64,000 nucleotides of DNA from Felis catus (lineage: Eukaryota), in assembly GCF_018350175.1 (NCBI RefSeq), contig NC_058368.1:214398001-214462000 (forward strand), written 5' to 3'. Under the pieces are notes generated by a model. The model was not told where the DNA came from and made no database searches. It saw nothing but the letters and a program-made list of their open reading frames with translations. Positions 38,401-50,425 of this stretch are shown here, one piece after another; the first letter of the stretch is position 1; each line of letters starts with the position of its first letter. Made by a program: the position numbers and the translations under genes.

Positions 38401-38919
38401 TTTTCTCTTTTTTTAAGTTCAATCGATAGTTTCTGATAGGATTTCTGATAGCATTGGATAGAAAAATAAAGAATACAACTCTTATCCTTTCAAAGGACTT
38501 ACAGTTTAATGAAAGAATAGATGCACAAATAAGTATGGTAGATATATGCACAAAGTAAGAGTCTCTAAACAAAAGAATGGTGCTCGTGTGTTCTGAAGTC
38601 AGAGAAGTTTCAGAAAACTGTTTAAGATTCTTTCTTTATAAAATTAGCAAAGACATTCTAGACACTCTCTGAAGAGTTGATTATTTATGGAATTCTTATT
38701 ATATAATCATATTTTCATAAAAGTAAGCTAATAAAAATACTTTAATTGAGCACAGACAATATTTCTTATCTAGAATTTCAAATGTTTCTTAGCTAGAATT
38801 TTAGCATATAACATGAGCTGCTTCCAATATGGATTTTTCTTTCCATTTGGATGATTTGAATCACACGTTGCTTGTACGTTAGCCTCAGAAGTGTGCCTTG
38901 TCTGGTAGAAGCTAACAAT

Positions 38920-39230
38920 TGCTATAAAAAGTAATGACACTTAATTATTTCACATAGCAAGTGACCTCGAGGTCTATGGCTTCAGGGATGGCTCAACAAT
39001 GACATCAATAACCAGGATTTCTTTCATTCCTCAGTGTGTTGGCTTTTCCTCCTCTGTCACATGGTTGCAAGAGGCTTTTGTGGCTCTGGCCTCAGGTATT
39101 CTCATGGCAGCATCCCCAGTAGGAAGGAAGGAAAGGGAAACAACAGCTTTTCTTTGTCAGATAGATCTCGTGTTCATCTGCCAAGAATCCTTGATTATTT
39201 TGATATTTTATTTCGATGAAACTGACTGTA
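38920..39230 (-). mobile_element. Old MaLR LTR fragment (MLT1K/L-like)
   Basis: GGCTCAACAATGACATCAATAACCAGG...TGTGTTGGCTTTTCCTC...CATGGTTGCAAGA. Confidence 0.6.
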
Positions 39231-39287
39231 TACAATGTCTTTTTGTTTATATTAAATAGAATCTGTTAATGTGGGCTGTCCAACAAT

Positions 39288-39288
<1 letters not shown>

Positions 39289-39329
<41 letters not shown>
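39289..39329. repeat. (GT)20 microsatellite
   Basis: Read directly. Confidence 0.98.
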
Positions 39330-39330
<1 letters not shown>

Positions 39331-39514
39331 TGTAAAACCTATCTGTTTCTCACAATAGATCGTGGGTGTGATGTGAGAAGAAAAGTTTGTTCAGGTAGTC
39401 CGTGTTGGGGGTACTGGGTTGGAAAACTGTTATGATATTTCCCTCCAAAATATAACCTTTATCTTTAAGGCACAGGAGTTAAGATAAAGCTAGCACTTAT
39501 CCATAAGTCTTTGT

Positions 39515-40330
39515 TCTCACTCACTCACTCACCATAAGTAAATTCAATCTGTTATTGAGTACTATTGACATTTCTACCTAAATGTCTTTCTCTTCTTTCC
39601 ATGCCACAGACACTGTGCTTCAAGCTGCCACAATCTCTGGCTGAGTCACTTCAAAAGCCTCCTAAATGGTATTCCCATAGACGCTCTACCCTCACTCCAA
39701 TCTGTTCCCCACTCTGCAGTCAGTGATTGACTCAAAATGCATATCTTGTTAACGCTCTGTTTAGAAAAGTTTAGTAGAAGCCATTGCACGTAGAAGAAAT
39801 ACAAAAATCTTAATTGCCAACTGTAAGACTGCCATGGGGCTGGCTCACCCTTATCTCTCCAGCTCCATCTACAGGACCCTTGTTTTCTGAACTCCCACAC
39901 TAATGGTCCTTCAGTCCTTCAGATTCTCTCAGTTCCTCCTGTCACTGATCATATTTGTAGGTACTGCTCCCTCTACCTGAAATTTCCTTGTACTTCTTAC
40001 CTCCCTCTGCTCCAACATGCTACTCTTTATTCTGTGGGTGTAGGCTGTTCTGTCAGTTTCTCAGGAGAACCTTCTGTGACACTGACTCTGTTCTTTTAGC
40101 ACATCTCCTTTGTATAATTTATACTACTCTGCATTTTTATAATTATTTTTGTAATTATGTGATTAGTATCCATTTCTAGCCACTGGATAGATGGTGAACT
40201 TCATGGAGGCTGGACTGTACTTTTTTTTTTAAAACGTTTATCTTGTGTTCAGAATGCTTAGTGTGATACTTGGCACATAGTAAGTGCTCAGTGTGTGTAT
40301 GTTGATTGTTGTATTAATCAATGAATGAGT
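39515..40330 (+). mobile_element. L2 LINE 3' ~800 bp
   Basis: AGCCTCCTAAATGGTATTCCC...CAATCTGTTCCCCACTCTGCAGTCAGTGAT...TGGCACATAGTAAGTGCTCAG...AATGAATGAGT tail. Confidence 0.85.
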
Positions 40331-40849
40331 AAATAATATTTATTGTGTTACCGATCTCTGCATGACTCAAGTATTTCAGTTGGTAAGTTTAAGTAGTTGA
40401 TGTGGTTGTAGGTAGTACTTCTAAATAGGTCATTTTGGGTCCTCTGTTTTAGAAAATCAATTAGAACTTTTTGCTTTCATTATCAATTCCCTGAAAAATA
40501 ATCCTCATATGTCTTTTATATACTATATGCATATGAGATTTTAAGTCAGAGAACTAAATGCAATGATGAGTTTTCGCATAATAGAGTTGGAACCTATTCA
40601 TGTATGATTTTTGAATTCAAAAGTCAAAGTACTATTAAAATGGTGAAAATAATTCAGACCTTCTGCATATGGATTGGAGTTTGGAGAGATCCAAATGTCA
40701 TTTGGAGTAAAGTCTGTTGAATAGCACATGTTCAAGATAAACAATAAAAAAGGTTAAAGTGATATGGTTACACAGTTCAGATGATTTCTTCCCCAACAAC
40801 CCTTTTAATATGTTCTATTTTTCTGAAACCATACCAATTATTATCTTTG

Positions 40850-41220
40850 CATTTGGAAATTCAACAAAATTAATGAACACTTATTAAACAAATACTATGT
40901 GTCATTTATTAATTTGGTGAATAGTTATTGGTTACCTCTTCCTTGCCAGCCATAAGGTTGTATTTTTGTTAGAAATTTATCTATGAAAATGACAGAATCT
41001 CTGATTTAATGGAACAAACACTGTGGACATGAATTTAAAATACCACGATAAGTGTAAGTACTTTGTTAGAAGTAAGCAGAGGGGGTGACGAAACAATAGA
41101 TTAAATGTCTTTAACTCAACTTCTGTTAAGGCAAGAGAGGAGAGAGGGTAACTGAAGGAGGGGTTCCTGGAAAAAACATGTGAGCTGAATTCTGAAGGCC
41201 AAGTAGAAACTTTTAACAAG
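40850..41220 (-). mobile_element. L2 LINE 3' fragment
   Basis: ATTCAACAAAATTAATGAACAC...GGAGGGGTTCCTGGAAAAAACATGTGAGCTGAATTCTGAAGG. Confidence 0.55.
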
Positions 41221-44046
41221 GTATATTTTTTAATTGTGATGGCAATTTTCTTATTGTATTATTTAAGTAGCATTGCTATTTTCTCCGCATTTTTTTTCCT
41301 TTCTCTCACGTATACAGTAGAATCTTCTTGAGAATGGGAAATAAGTTTTATATTTTTAGGTATCTAACAAATTATTAAACACAGCTATGCATCATCTGGA
41401 TACACACTGTTGATTTCTCTTCCTAATATTAAGTGGATTGAAGCTTTGCAGTGATGGTTCTAGGAGGCAAAAACAAAAACAAAAACAAAAAAAAAAAACT
41501 TGGTCCGGATTCTACCATGAGCTGTGATTTATGTAGATTGCTTAGCTTAAGTAATGTGTAATAGCCCTAACATTTGGAAAGACTCTAAGTGACTTCCCTG
41601 ACGGGGCATTCATAGGTAACATGCCTATTGGGAGCTTCTGCTGGTCCTAAAATTTGGGCCTTTGCACAGTCAGACTTATAAAAGGGGCAGAGTTGTTGAA
41701 ATAATTTTTAATGGATTTTGTCTTCAGACAGGATGTGTGATGAGTATTTAGTAAATTTACTCAGTTGGTGATCAAGCTCACTGGTCTACGTGTCCTTTAT
41801 TTTTTCCTCTATTTAATCTGTCACTTTTGCTTTCAAAACACTTGCGGAAAATTTCAAAGAATACATGCAGATTATTTTAATTTAGGAGAGTGGCAGTTTT
41901 TAACTACTGCGAATTGAAGATACACGAGATATCTTGGTTCCTAGGACCATCCTCTGAACCATTAAATCAGTATTTGATCTTGAGGGAGGACAAGATAAAC
42001 ATTTTGCAAGATTATTGACGGAGAGGGAAAAAAGAGTGACCTTATTAGATGTATTGTTGCATCACTTCCTTGCATTGACTCCCTAAGATATATTGCTTCG
42101 TCTGACAGTTTTTGTTAAAGATGTTAAGTTTATTATTTTTGGTTTTGTTACTACCTAGTATCATCTCCAATTGTTTTCCCTCTTCCATGTTTCCCCTTCA
42201 GATGGATTATTTATTTTCTATTAAGTTATTCTTCTCCACCTACATAAGTGAGTTTTGAGGAGCTAAACATTATTTGTTCACTTAATCTCTCTTCAGAGTT
42301 CACATTGCCAAAACCCTACCTTTTTTAGAAGCACTTCTCTGTGTTTTTACACACTTTTTCACCTGGGTGATGCCTGAACTGTTTTAATATCCCAAATGCA
42401 GTTTTCTAATGCTTTGTAAAGTAGCAATATAACCTCTCATTATAGAATATTTCTTTTTAATCATGTTGGGTTAGCACTGACCTTTTCTTTTTCTTTAAGA
42501 ATGCTGCATAGCTTAAGAAGCATTTACGCCGAATGCTCATTTCCAATGTAGAAATATACATGTTAAAAAAGAAACACAGACACAACTGCTTACTCACTGT
42601 GGAGTCACCTATCTGACAATATTAACCCCTTGAAGTGTCAGTGAATGCTGGAAGAGGCCTCTGAGTTGTAGCAGTTGCTTATGACATATGTCCCAGAAAA
42701 ATCTGTGGGCTGGAGGCTTGGTGGCTATGCTTCTAACTAGACCCTCAGGATTTCACTTAGGGCCTCATTATCCATATTTACAAATAAGATGGGTTTTCTT
42801 ATTTCTCAGCTTTCAACAGACTGGAAATAGCAAAGTAGAAACCCAAAAGGAAACAAAGAGCAGATGTGTTTTGAAATGGGGATGATATAAATAATTAACA
42901 CATAGAGAAATTTATCCCACTTTATGACTCTTCTGATTACGAAGATAAAAGCTTTTTTCTTTTTTGACCTTTTTACATAGATTTGCCAATAGTCTAAATG
43001 GCTTTGAGTAAGAAAGAATGTTTTTAGTTTAGATTCTGGGATTCTTTTTTGAAAACAAGGGATAAAAGAAGACAGAATGTGAGTTCTATAGATAATTTTT
43101 TATTTGTTAGGATGCTTTATAAAATATGATATATCTCAAAGACGTTGCAGATTCAGTGGTTAATTATATATAAAATACACTGAGCATTTGTCAGTGTATT
43201 ATCTTTCTTAATTCAGTTCTAGAATTGTATAAAAGCAGGCATTCTTAACCAATCCCTCATTGGGTATTTGGGAGAGTGGTGGCGTTTGAACTATTGACTT
43301 ATGGGAATTATATTTATTTGTTTTAAACCAGATAAATATAAATAATGTAAACATTAAAACAGTCATTTCATTTCATGCCTGGTAGGATAACGAAAGCTGA
43401 GAACATTTTAGCTCAATCCTTTGAATAACTTGCCCCCATTTAAATAGTTCTCACATAAATGAGAATATTCTAAGACTGGATTTTGAGGCTTCTATTGACA
43501 GTTAGAAATCATGAGTGCTGGAAAGCTGAGGGTCAAAAGGACCATCCCCAAGGGTATTGGTGGTGATGGATATAATTGGAGGACCACCAACGGTTTCTGT
43601 ATCCTCTGGTTTCACGTATGGCATCTGCCAACAAGCATTGTGGCAAAGACTATTCATAACATAAGGCTTCTGCCATTGAGATAGCAAGTAAACTTTCTCA
43701 TAGATGGGCTTTTAAATGTTTGTATTAATACCAAATTATGATACTAAGTGATACATGCTTATACCTTTTGGATTTTGTGCTGGTGACAGCACACTGCAGC
43801 CTGTCTCTCACCATGCTAGATTCTAAGGGCATCACACTCATCCTGTGTGATGTCCTCTGTCCCTGCTTCTCTATGGCCCCAGGATGCCCTGTCAAGCATT
43901 TCACTGATGCTTTAACGGCTGAGTAAGTGGCTAAGATTATTGCTGGTTTAGTGAGGTAAGTCTGCATAGGGACACGTGAAAGGAATCTCAGCTAACACAG
44001 AGGTGCAGCTCAAGTGTAAATCTTTTAAAATGTAAGTATTCTTTTT

Positions 44047-44178
44047 GGTGATGGGCATTAAGGAGGGCCCTTTTCGGGATGAGCACCAAGTGTCATATGT
44101 AGGAGATGAATCACTGGGTTCTATTCCTGAAGCCAAGACTATACTGTTTGTTATCTAACTCGAATTTAAAGAAAAAAA
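44047..44178 (+). mobile_element. Very short carnivore L1 3' end
   Basis: GGTGATGGGCATTAAGGAGGGC...GGATGAGCAC...GATGAATCACTGGGTTCTATTCCTGAAGCCAA then A-tail. Confidence 0.9.
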
Positions 44179-44179
44179 G

Positions 44180-44312
44180 TTTATTTTTGAAAAGGGGGAG
44201 GGACAGAGAGAGAGAGAATCCTAAGCAGGCTCTGCATCTGCAACAAACTCACTAAACTCAAGATCATGACCTGATCTCGGATGCTTAACCAACCAAGCCA
44301 CCCAGGTTCCCC
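44180..44312 (-). mobile_element. Internally deleted Can-SINE, tail-to-tail with the L1 fragment
   Basis: GAGAATCCTAAGCAGGCTCTGCA...AGATCATGACCTGA...GCCACCCAGGTTCCCC. Confidence 0.88.
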
Positions 44313-44324
44313 TAAAATATACTT

Positions 44325-44440
44325 GTATTATATATATATTTTTATTATATATATATTTATTTGCTTTTATTTATATATATAATATACGTATTATTATATA
44401 TATTTTTAATGTATTTTATTTATTTATATACGTATATTCA
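44325..44440. repeat. AT-rich (TA)n low-complexity tract
   Basis: Read directly. Confidence 0.85.
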
Positions 44441-44607
44441 GTTGCAATTACTAGTTCTATGTTGAGCGTGGTGATGCTGGTCATTCCTTTAGTAATTTAG
44501 CAAAGAGAAAACCAAATATAGTAAGAAGTTGACCCATCCCTCTCCTTAGTTCCCCTCCCTTCCTGACTCATCTGTGTTTTCCTTTCCTTTCTTTTTTCTT
44601 TAAAATA

Positions 44608-44638
44608 TTTTTTTACATCTGTTCATTTTTGAGAGAGC

Positions 44639-44679
<41 letters not shown>

Positions 44680-44850
44680 TGAGAGCGAGCTTGAGCTGGG
44701 GAGTCTCAGAGAGAGAGGGAGACACAGCATCTGAAGTAGGCTCCAGGCTCTGAGCACAGAGCCGGACGTGTGGTCCGAACCCACAAACCATGAGATCATG
44801 ACCTGATCTGAAGTCGGATGCTCAACCAACTGAGCCCCAGCACCGCCCCC
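44608..44850 (-). mobile_element. Can-SINE with long (GA)n
   Basis: Reverse Can-SINE body GAGACACAGCATCTGAAGTAGGCTCCAGGCTCTGAGC. Confidence 0.93.
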
Positions 44851-44999
44851 CCAATTCTTTTTTCTTTTAAAGTAAATATAACAATGAAGTGCTGTTTTTA
44901 TTTGGCATGGATGTTCCTCTCCTGACCTCCCCCTCCCCCAGCCTGCAAAGAAAAAATTAAAAGACAAAACAAAACAGAAAAAACACACAGAAAACCAAA

Positions 45000-46450
45000 C
45001 TCACACAGAACAATTAGGTCAGGTATTTCTTACGTGTAATGGCAAAAGGTAAAATGGAAGAAAATTTCCTCTACTAGTTTCTTTGAAAACAAGATTCAAG
45101 AAACAATCTAGTTTGTGAAACAGTGTATTTGATCAGTAACAGCAGTGGTTTAAAATGTGTGCACTCTGGGGTACAGTGTTTTTTGATTTGCCAAGTTTTG
45201 ATTCATCACAAATCAACAAACTAACCAGTCATCTTGTACACCTGGGCAGCGCACTGCTTTCCTGGATGCTGCCTGCTACTTGATTTGGCAGAGGACAAGT
45301 GAAGTGCGAGATCACTGTTAGCTCTGGGTGATGCGTGAATGCTGCCAGTGTGTGCTGAGAAATCTGAGTATATTTCCTGGAGACAACCAAACTTAAAAGT
45401 TTCTGTTTCCCCATACACCATTGAGTTGAATGCAAAGAAGTTGTCAATGTCTTTGATAACAGCAGTATGGTCTTGTTGGGCATGGCTGCATTTTAATCAC
45501 TGCATGGATATTAAGATCTTTAGTTCCAGTTTATTCCTGCCTCCCTCTTCCTTCCAGGATTCCCCTTAATCTGGCTCTCGATAGGAGGGACTTGCCTACA
45601 GGGGACACGCAAAAGCGAAAGATAACAGGCAGGCCCACACTATGCCAGGGTGTCTTGAAACACGAAAGGTCAGACACTGCATTTCTTTAACAATAAATCT
45701 CTTTACACCGGGTCAGTAAAACTGCTATCATTAAAGAAAATCTCCACTTTAAATTTCTTCCTTTCTTTCTCTCTAGAAAAATATGCTAGTATGTTCTAAA
45801 GTGTGGCTGATTAACTGTTAACAGAGTTTAGTTCAAACCTCCCAAGCCCATTTTTAAACCCCTTACAGGAATAACTGATAAGGTGTCTACATTGCAATAA
45901 ATACAATGCCACCACAGGCCTTTTGGAGTGTGAGTCTATATTACTATCATTATCTGTATTATTTTTTTCTCCCCTTTCTTCATTTTGCATAAATTGAAAT
46001 TCTTTCAAAACTTCAGCAGCATGTTATTAAAGTATCTGTATACAAAAAAAAAATTGCAAATGATTTTCTTCTGGAGGAAATGGCTGCTGAGGAGTCTTTG
46101 AAGCTGACGCTTTTGTTGTGAATCTGAGAGTCATTGTTACCTAACAGATTCATACCCTAGGCAGAATTGCTATGGAATCGTGTGCATAAAACACTGTGTG
46201 TCAGCCTAGTGCGCCTCAGGAAGAAGCAGGACCATCGAATGTCCATCAAAAGAAAAATATATGGGTCTCAGCATCCACAGCTTTCCAACATCACTGTAGT
46301 GGTAAAGCAGACTGCATCCTCTTTAACCCTCTGTCTGCCCACCGTGGAGGAAAACTGAACAAATCCCAAGTCCGCATTGTGCTCCTGCTGAAATGTCTGT
46401 CTTATCTGACTGACGAGACCATTTGCAAGGACCACTTGAAAATAATACTG
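45000..46450. promoter_or_regulatory. Candidate regulatory block
   Basis: Repeat-free, locally higher GC with repeated CpGs; inference only. Confidence 0.3.
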
Positions 46451-47231
46451 TGTTCTGCTCTTCTGCATGATATATATGCATACGTACCTCCATCTATATA
46501 TACACATACATACATATATATAAATATGTGTGTATATAATGTATTATTTATCATTCCTCTCTCTCTCTCTTTAAACTCTAAGGAGATATTGGTTAAAAGC
46601 AGATGGAAAAAGAACTCCCTTCAGTGTCAAAGACATCCTGTTGCTTTCATCTGCCGAGACTGCCATATCCTTCTGTGATGTGGGGCATGGGGTGTGTGGA
46701 ATGGGGAAGAAGCTGGGGGTCTTTCAGAGCATTCCTAAGTGTGTTTGTGTTTAAAACAATATAGAAAGGAGGTTTTCAATATTTTTAAGTCTTTAGGGAG
46801 ATTCTATGTACTGATCTTTATACAACAGCAAAGGTGGGAGATGTCAGAGGCAAAATTGTCCCGGACCTCAGATTCCAGTCTGGACATTTGCTTACTGGGT
46901 TTCACAGTCTGTTTTGACATATCTAGCAGGATTTTATGAAAAATAAATTAGTCCTATATAATGTCAGGAGTCTTAAGTCAGTAATGATACTGACTTGGGG
47001 GGGAATGTTTTTTGGGCCTGTTGCTTTTCTTCCTTTGTAAATTAGGAATGATAACAGGGATATTTCCCATTTAATTTAGAGATGTTATATGTTTCAAAAA
47101 TTGCATTCTTTGGAAGGCACTAAATCCAAGGTAGCCAATTGCTAATTTTTTTTTTTGTATTCCTGAAGTGTGGTTCACTATAAATGCCATATTGTAGAAA
47201 TTCAAATGGTGATTAAAACTTTAAATTGTGA

Positions 47232-47440
47232 GGGGCACCTGGGTGGCTCAGTTAGTTAAGCGTCCTACTTCAGTTCAGGTCATGATCTCAAGGTTTGTGA
47301 GTTGGAGCTCCTCGTGGGGCTCTGCGCTGACAGCTCAGAGCCTGGAGCCTGCTTCAGATTCTGTGTCTCCCTCTCTCTTTCTGCCTCTTGCCCGTTCTCT
47401 CTCTCAAAAATAAATAAACATTAAAAAAATAAAAAAAAAA
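47232..47440 (+). mobile_element. Can-SINE
   Basis: GGGGCACCTGGGTGGCTCAG head; TSD AAA(A/C)CTTT(A/G)AATTGTGA. Confidence 0.96.
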
Positions 47441-47519
47441 AAACCTTTGAATTGTGAGAATTGTGTGGAAATCATATAGATGATATAGGAATTTTTCCGT
47501 TCATCAGGTTTATTTTAGT

Positions 47520-47994
47520 GGTAGGGGAGGAAAACTTTTTCTTTCTTCTCCTAGTTTGTTTGGATGGTCTAATAATTAATTTGACATAGACTAACGGGAG
47601 AAAGAATTAATTTTGTACATATGGGAACCCCTATGGTAGGAGGCTCCCTGACACTGAGACATTTGAAGTGTATATGACATCCTGAGCTGAGGAGAAGGAG
47701 GTAGGGGTCTGAAACATCAAAGGGAAGGAGGACAATTCACAGGATGATGGGAAGAGCAAATATTTGGAAAACCAATGTTTCCCTTCCCTGTAGAGAAGAC
47801 TTTTTGATGTAAAAAGTTATTTCTTGTAATTGCTGTCTTCCTGATGCAGCCTCCTTGTTTAAATTCTTTTAGGCAATTAAAGGAGAGGTTAAAAAAATTC
47901 TTCCTGATTCTGTTAGACCTTGATTCCATTCAGCTCAAAATAATCCACATGCCAAAGTCTCATATTTTGGGGTCACATGTTCTGCTCCCCCTTG
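47520..47994 (-). mobile_element. ERV1 solo LTR, MER34 family, with 4-bp TSD
   Basis: Reverse strand starts CAAGGGGGAGCAGAACATGTGACCCCAAAATATGAGACTTTGGCATGTGGATTATTTTGAGCTGAA (MER34-like) and ends TTTTCCTCCCCTAC; TAGT at 47516-47519 and 47995-47998. Confidence 0.85.
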
Positions 47995-48368
47995 TAGTCA
48001 TTAAGAGATAACTGTGAAATGACAAAACAGAGAATTTCATCATGGATAAACGAGACTATTTTAGTTTGCGTATGACCAAACAATAAAAGAATGACTACAC
48101 ATACTCAGTTTGATTTTAGGTAAATTAATAAGTGTATTAATTTCCTAAACTCCTCCAGAACTAACATGACTTGCTGAATGGCTTGCATTTTATAACCATT
48201 TTCGTTATTTTTTTACTCAAGTTGAATAAATACCCTACATTGAATTTTAAATGTTTAACACTAAAGAGATCTTTTCCTAGTATCTTTTCCTGTGAAGCAT
48301 TTGGCAACTCATTTGAAAATTGAATCATTCAGCTGTATTTTTACTATTGTTTCACGTTACTGAAGTTT

Positions 48369-48402
48369 ACTCAGTTTAAGGACTAACTCAGTTTAAGGAC
48401 TA
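48369..48402. repeat. Perfect 17-bp tandem duplication ACTCAGTTTAAGGACTA x2
   Basis: Read directly. Confidence 0.92.
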
Positions 48403-50206
48403 ACCAGTTCCAGAATCAATACTCAGTGAAGAACCCAAATTTTTAAATGTCCCTGTCCCCCCAACTTGTGACCTCTCAGAAGGCAGTTTCATTGGTTATC
48501 AAGAGCTTTGAATGCTGTCTTGATTTTTATAAACTGTATGTAATCATTGAATCTAACAGTCCCTCCTATTGAAAATATCATTCCCACAGTTCCCACATCT
48601 TTTCTCTATTCTCTTTAATGCATGGAGCAGTGTATTTGGGGTTCTAAGTCCAAACACTTTTTAGGACTGTAGGCTCATCAGTTTCCTTTCCATAAAAGAG
48701 ATGCACTGTTAGAGATAATAATACTGACTTACTTATCAATAATAATGTTGTTCAAAATTGGCCCAGGGTTTTTCCTGAAAAGTGATGATATTTTAGTTTG
48801 AATTCCAAGTTAATCTTAACCACAGTAGGCAAAATGATTAGCACATCCATTAATGAAGATGAATTTTATCTTAAATATGAAAAAAAAATGTGTGCTTTAG
48901 AATAATTAAGTCATGCCAGGTTTGTTCCAGAGAGGTGAATTTTTATTGTATTGTATTGTATATTATACTATATTCTATTCTTTATACTATTTTATTCATC
49001 AACTACCTATTGGATATTTACTGTTTTCCAAAAAATGTGCGAATCAACTGATTTAACAACCAGAAAGCGATCAATTTCAATCTCTGTTAGACTAGGTCAA
49101 GGAAGGGTTGAAAAATTTCTCAAGAACCATGGAGTTTTATTTTGTTTTATTTTTAATTCTCCATACTTAAAATCTATTATTGTATAATGGAGACTCTTAC
49201 TGTCTATATATTAACCCAGCTGTAAATCCTCTGGGGTGTTAAATGTTTTGACGATTTTAATGTGTTGCATGGATCTGTAGAACAATAAGAAGTAATAACC
49301 AACAAAAGAGAAACTGTAGATTTCAAAAATAGGAAGCAAAAGTTGGGAAGTCTTACCTTCCTTGAGACTGAGTACAACCAAGATTTGCTTCCTATTATTT
49401 GCTTTTCAGGAATGTGTCTGATTCTGACAGACTGCATTGACAGAAAGTCTTTCCAAAGGTTAATTATTTTACAAAGAAAGAAATCAGTACTATATTGCTT
49501 GTTACCCTTTATTTTAATCTTAAAATTATTTCCCTTAATTACCTGACTGTGTAGTTTCAGGGATGTTTTTGATTTCTGATTTACCTTATCAGTTAAAATA
49601 CTTTTCAAATCTGCATCTTATCTGGTTAATCTTATTTATTCTGAAGAGAATAGATTAAATCCACTTAACTGTCCACTTTATTAAATTTTTACTATAATTT
49701 ATGTTACTGTAATAGAATCAGGACAGGAGGAAATTAAATTGCTCAAAAAATACAGAGGAGTCTGTGGCTTCCACAGTCTCCTAGGTAAAGTCTGAAACCT
49801 AGACCTTTAATGTTCTAAGTGGAGAGAGTAGCATTATAAAACTTTATGAAAACAAATGGAAAAATAGCATTTACTTCTTTTCATTTTGATAGTAGCATAT
49901 TAGAAAATCACTGGGCTCTCTGGATAGGGGTTTTGATTTCCCTGTGAATAATTTTGTAATCATTCAAAAGTTTTAGGTAGAAAACTTGTTCTGAGATTTT
50001 GACATCACTTGCAGTAGTGCAGGGATTAGACTATTTTATTTCCCAGTGTTCATTCCCTGGGCAGAAATAAAATAGAGTTTGTATTGGTTATCAATGCTAT
50101 AAATCAATGTATGCAACTAATTTGGACCAGTCAAGGATAAAAACAATACTCCATTTTATTCTGTAATTACTCAAAAGATTTACCTCTTCTTTCCATTTCA
50201 TTTTTT

Positions 50207-50425
50207 TTAAGTTATTTTTCAACGTTTTTTATTTATTTTTGGGACAGAGAGAAACAGAGCATGAACGGGGGAGGGGCAGAGAGAGAGGGAGACACAGAAT
50301 CGGAAACAGGCTCCAGGCTCCGAGCCATCAGCCCAGAGCCTGACGCGGGGCTCGAACTCCCGGACCGCGAGATCGTGACCTGGCTGAAGTCGGACGCTTA
50401 ACCGACTGCGCCACCCAGGCATCCC
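50207..50425 (-). mobile_element. Can-SINE, young SINEC_Fc type
   Basis: Near identical to 1945-2173; TSD CTTTCC(A/G)TTTCATTTTTT at 50189 and 50426. Confidence 0.97.

Noticed and set aside
46196..46678. Longest ORF in the track (160 aa)
   Set aside because: Non-ATG start, runs through TA/CA low-complexity sequence, resembles no known protein.
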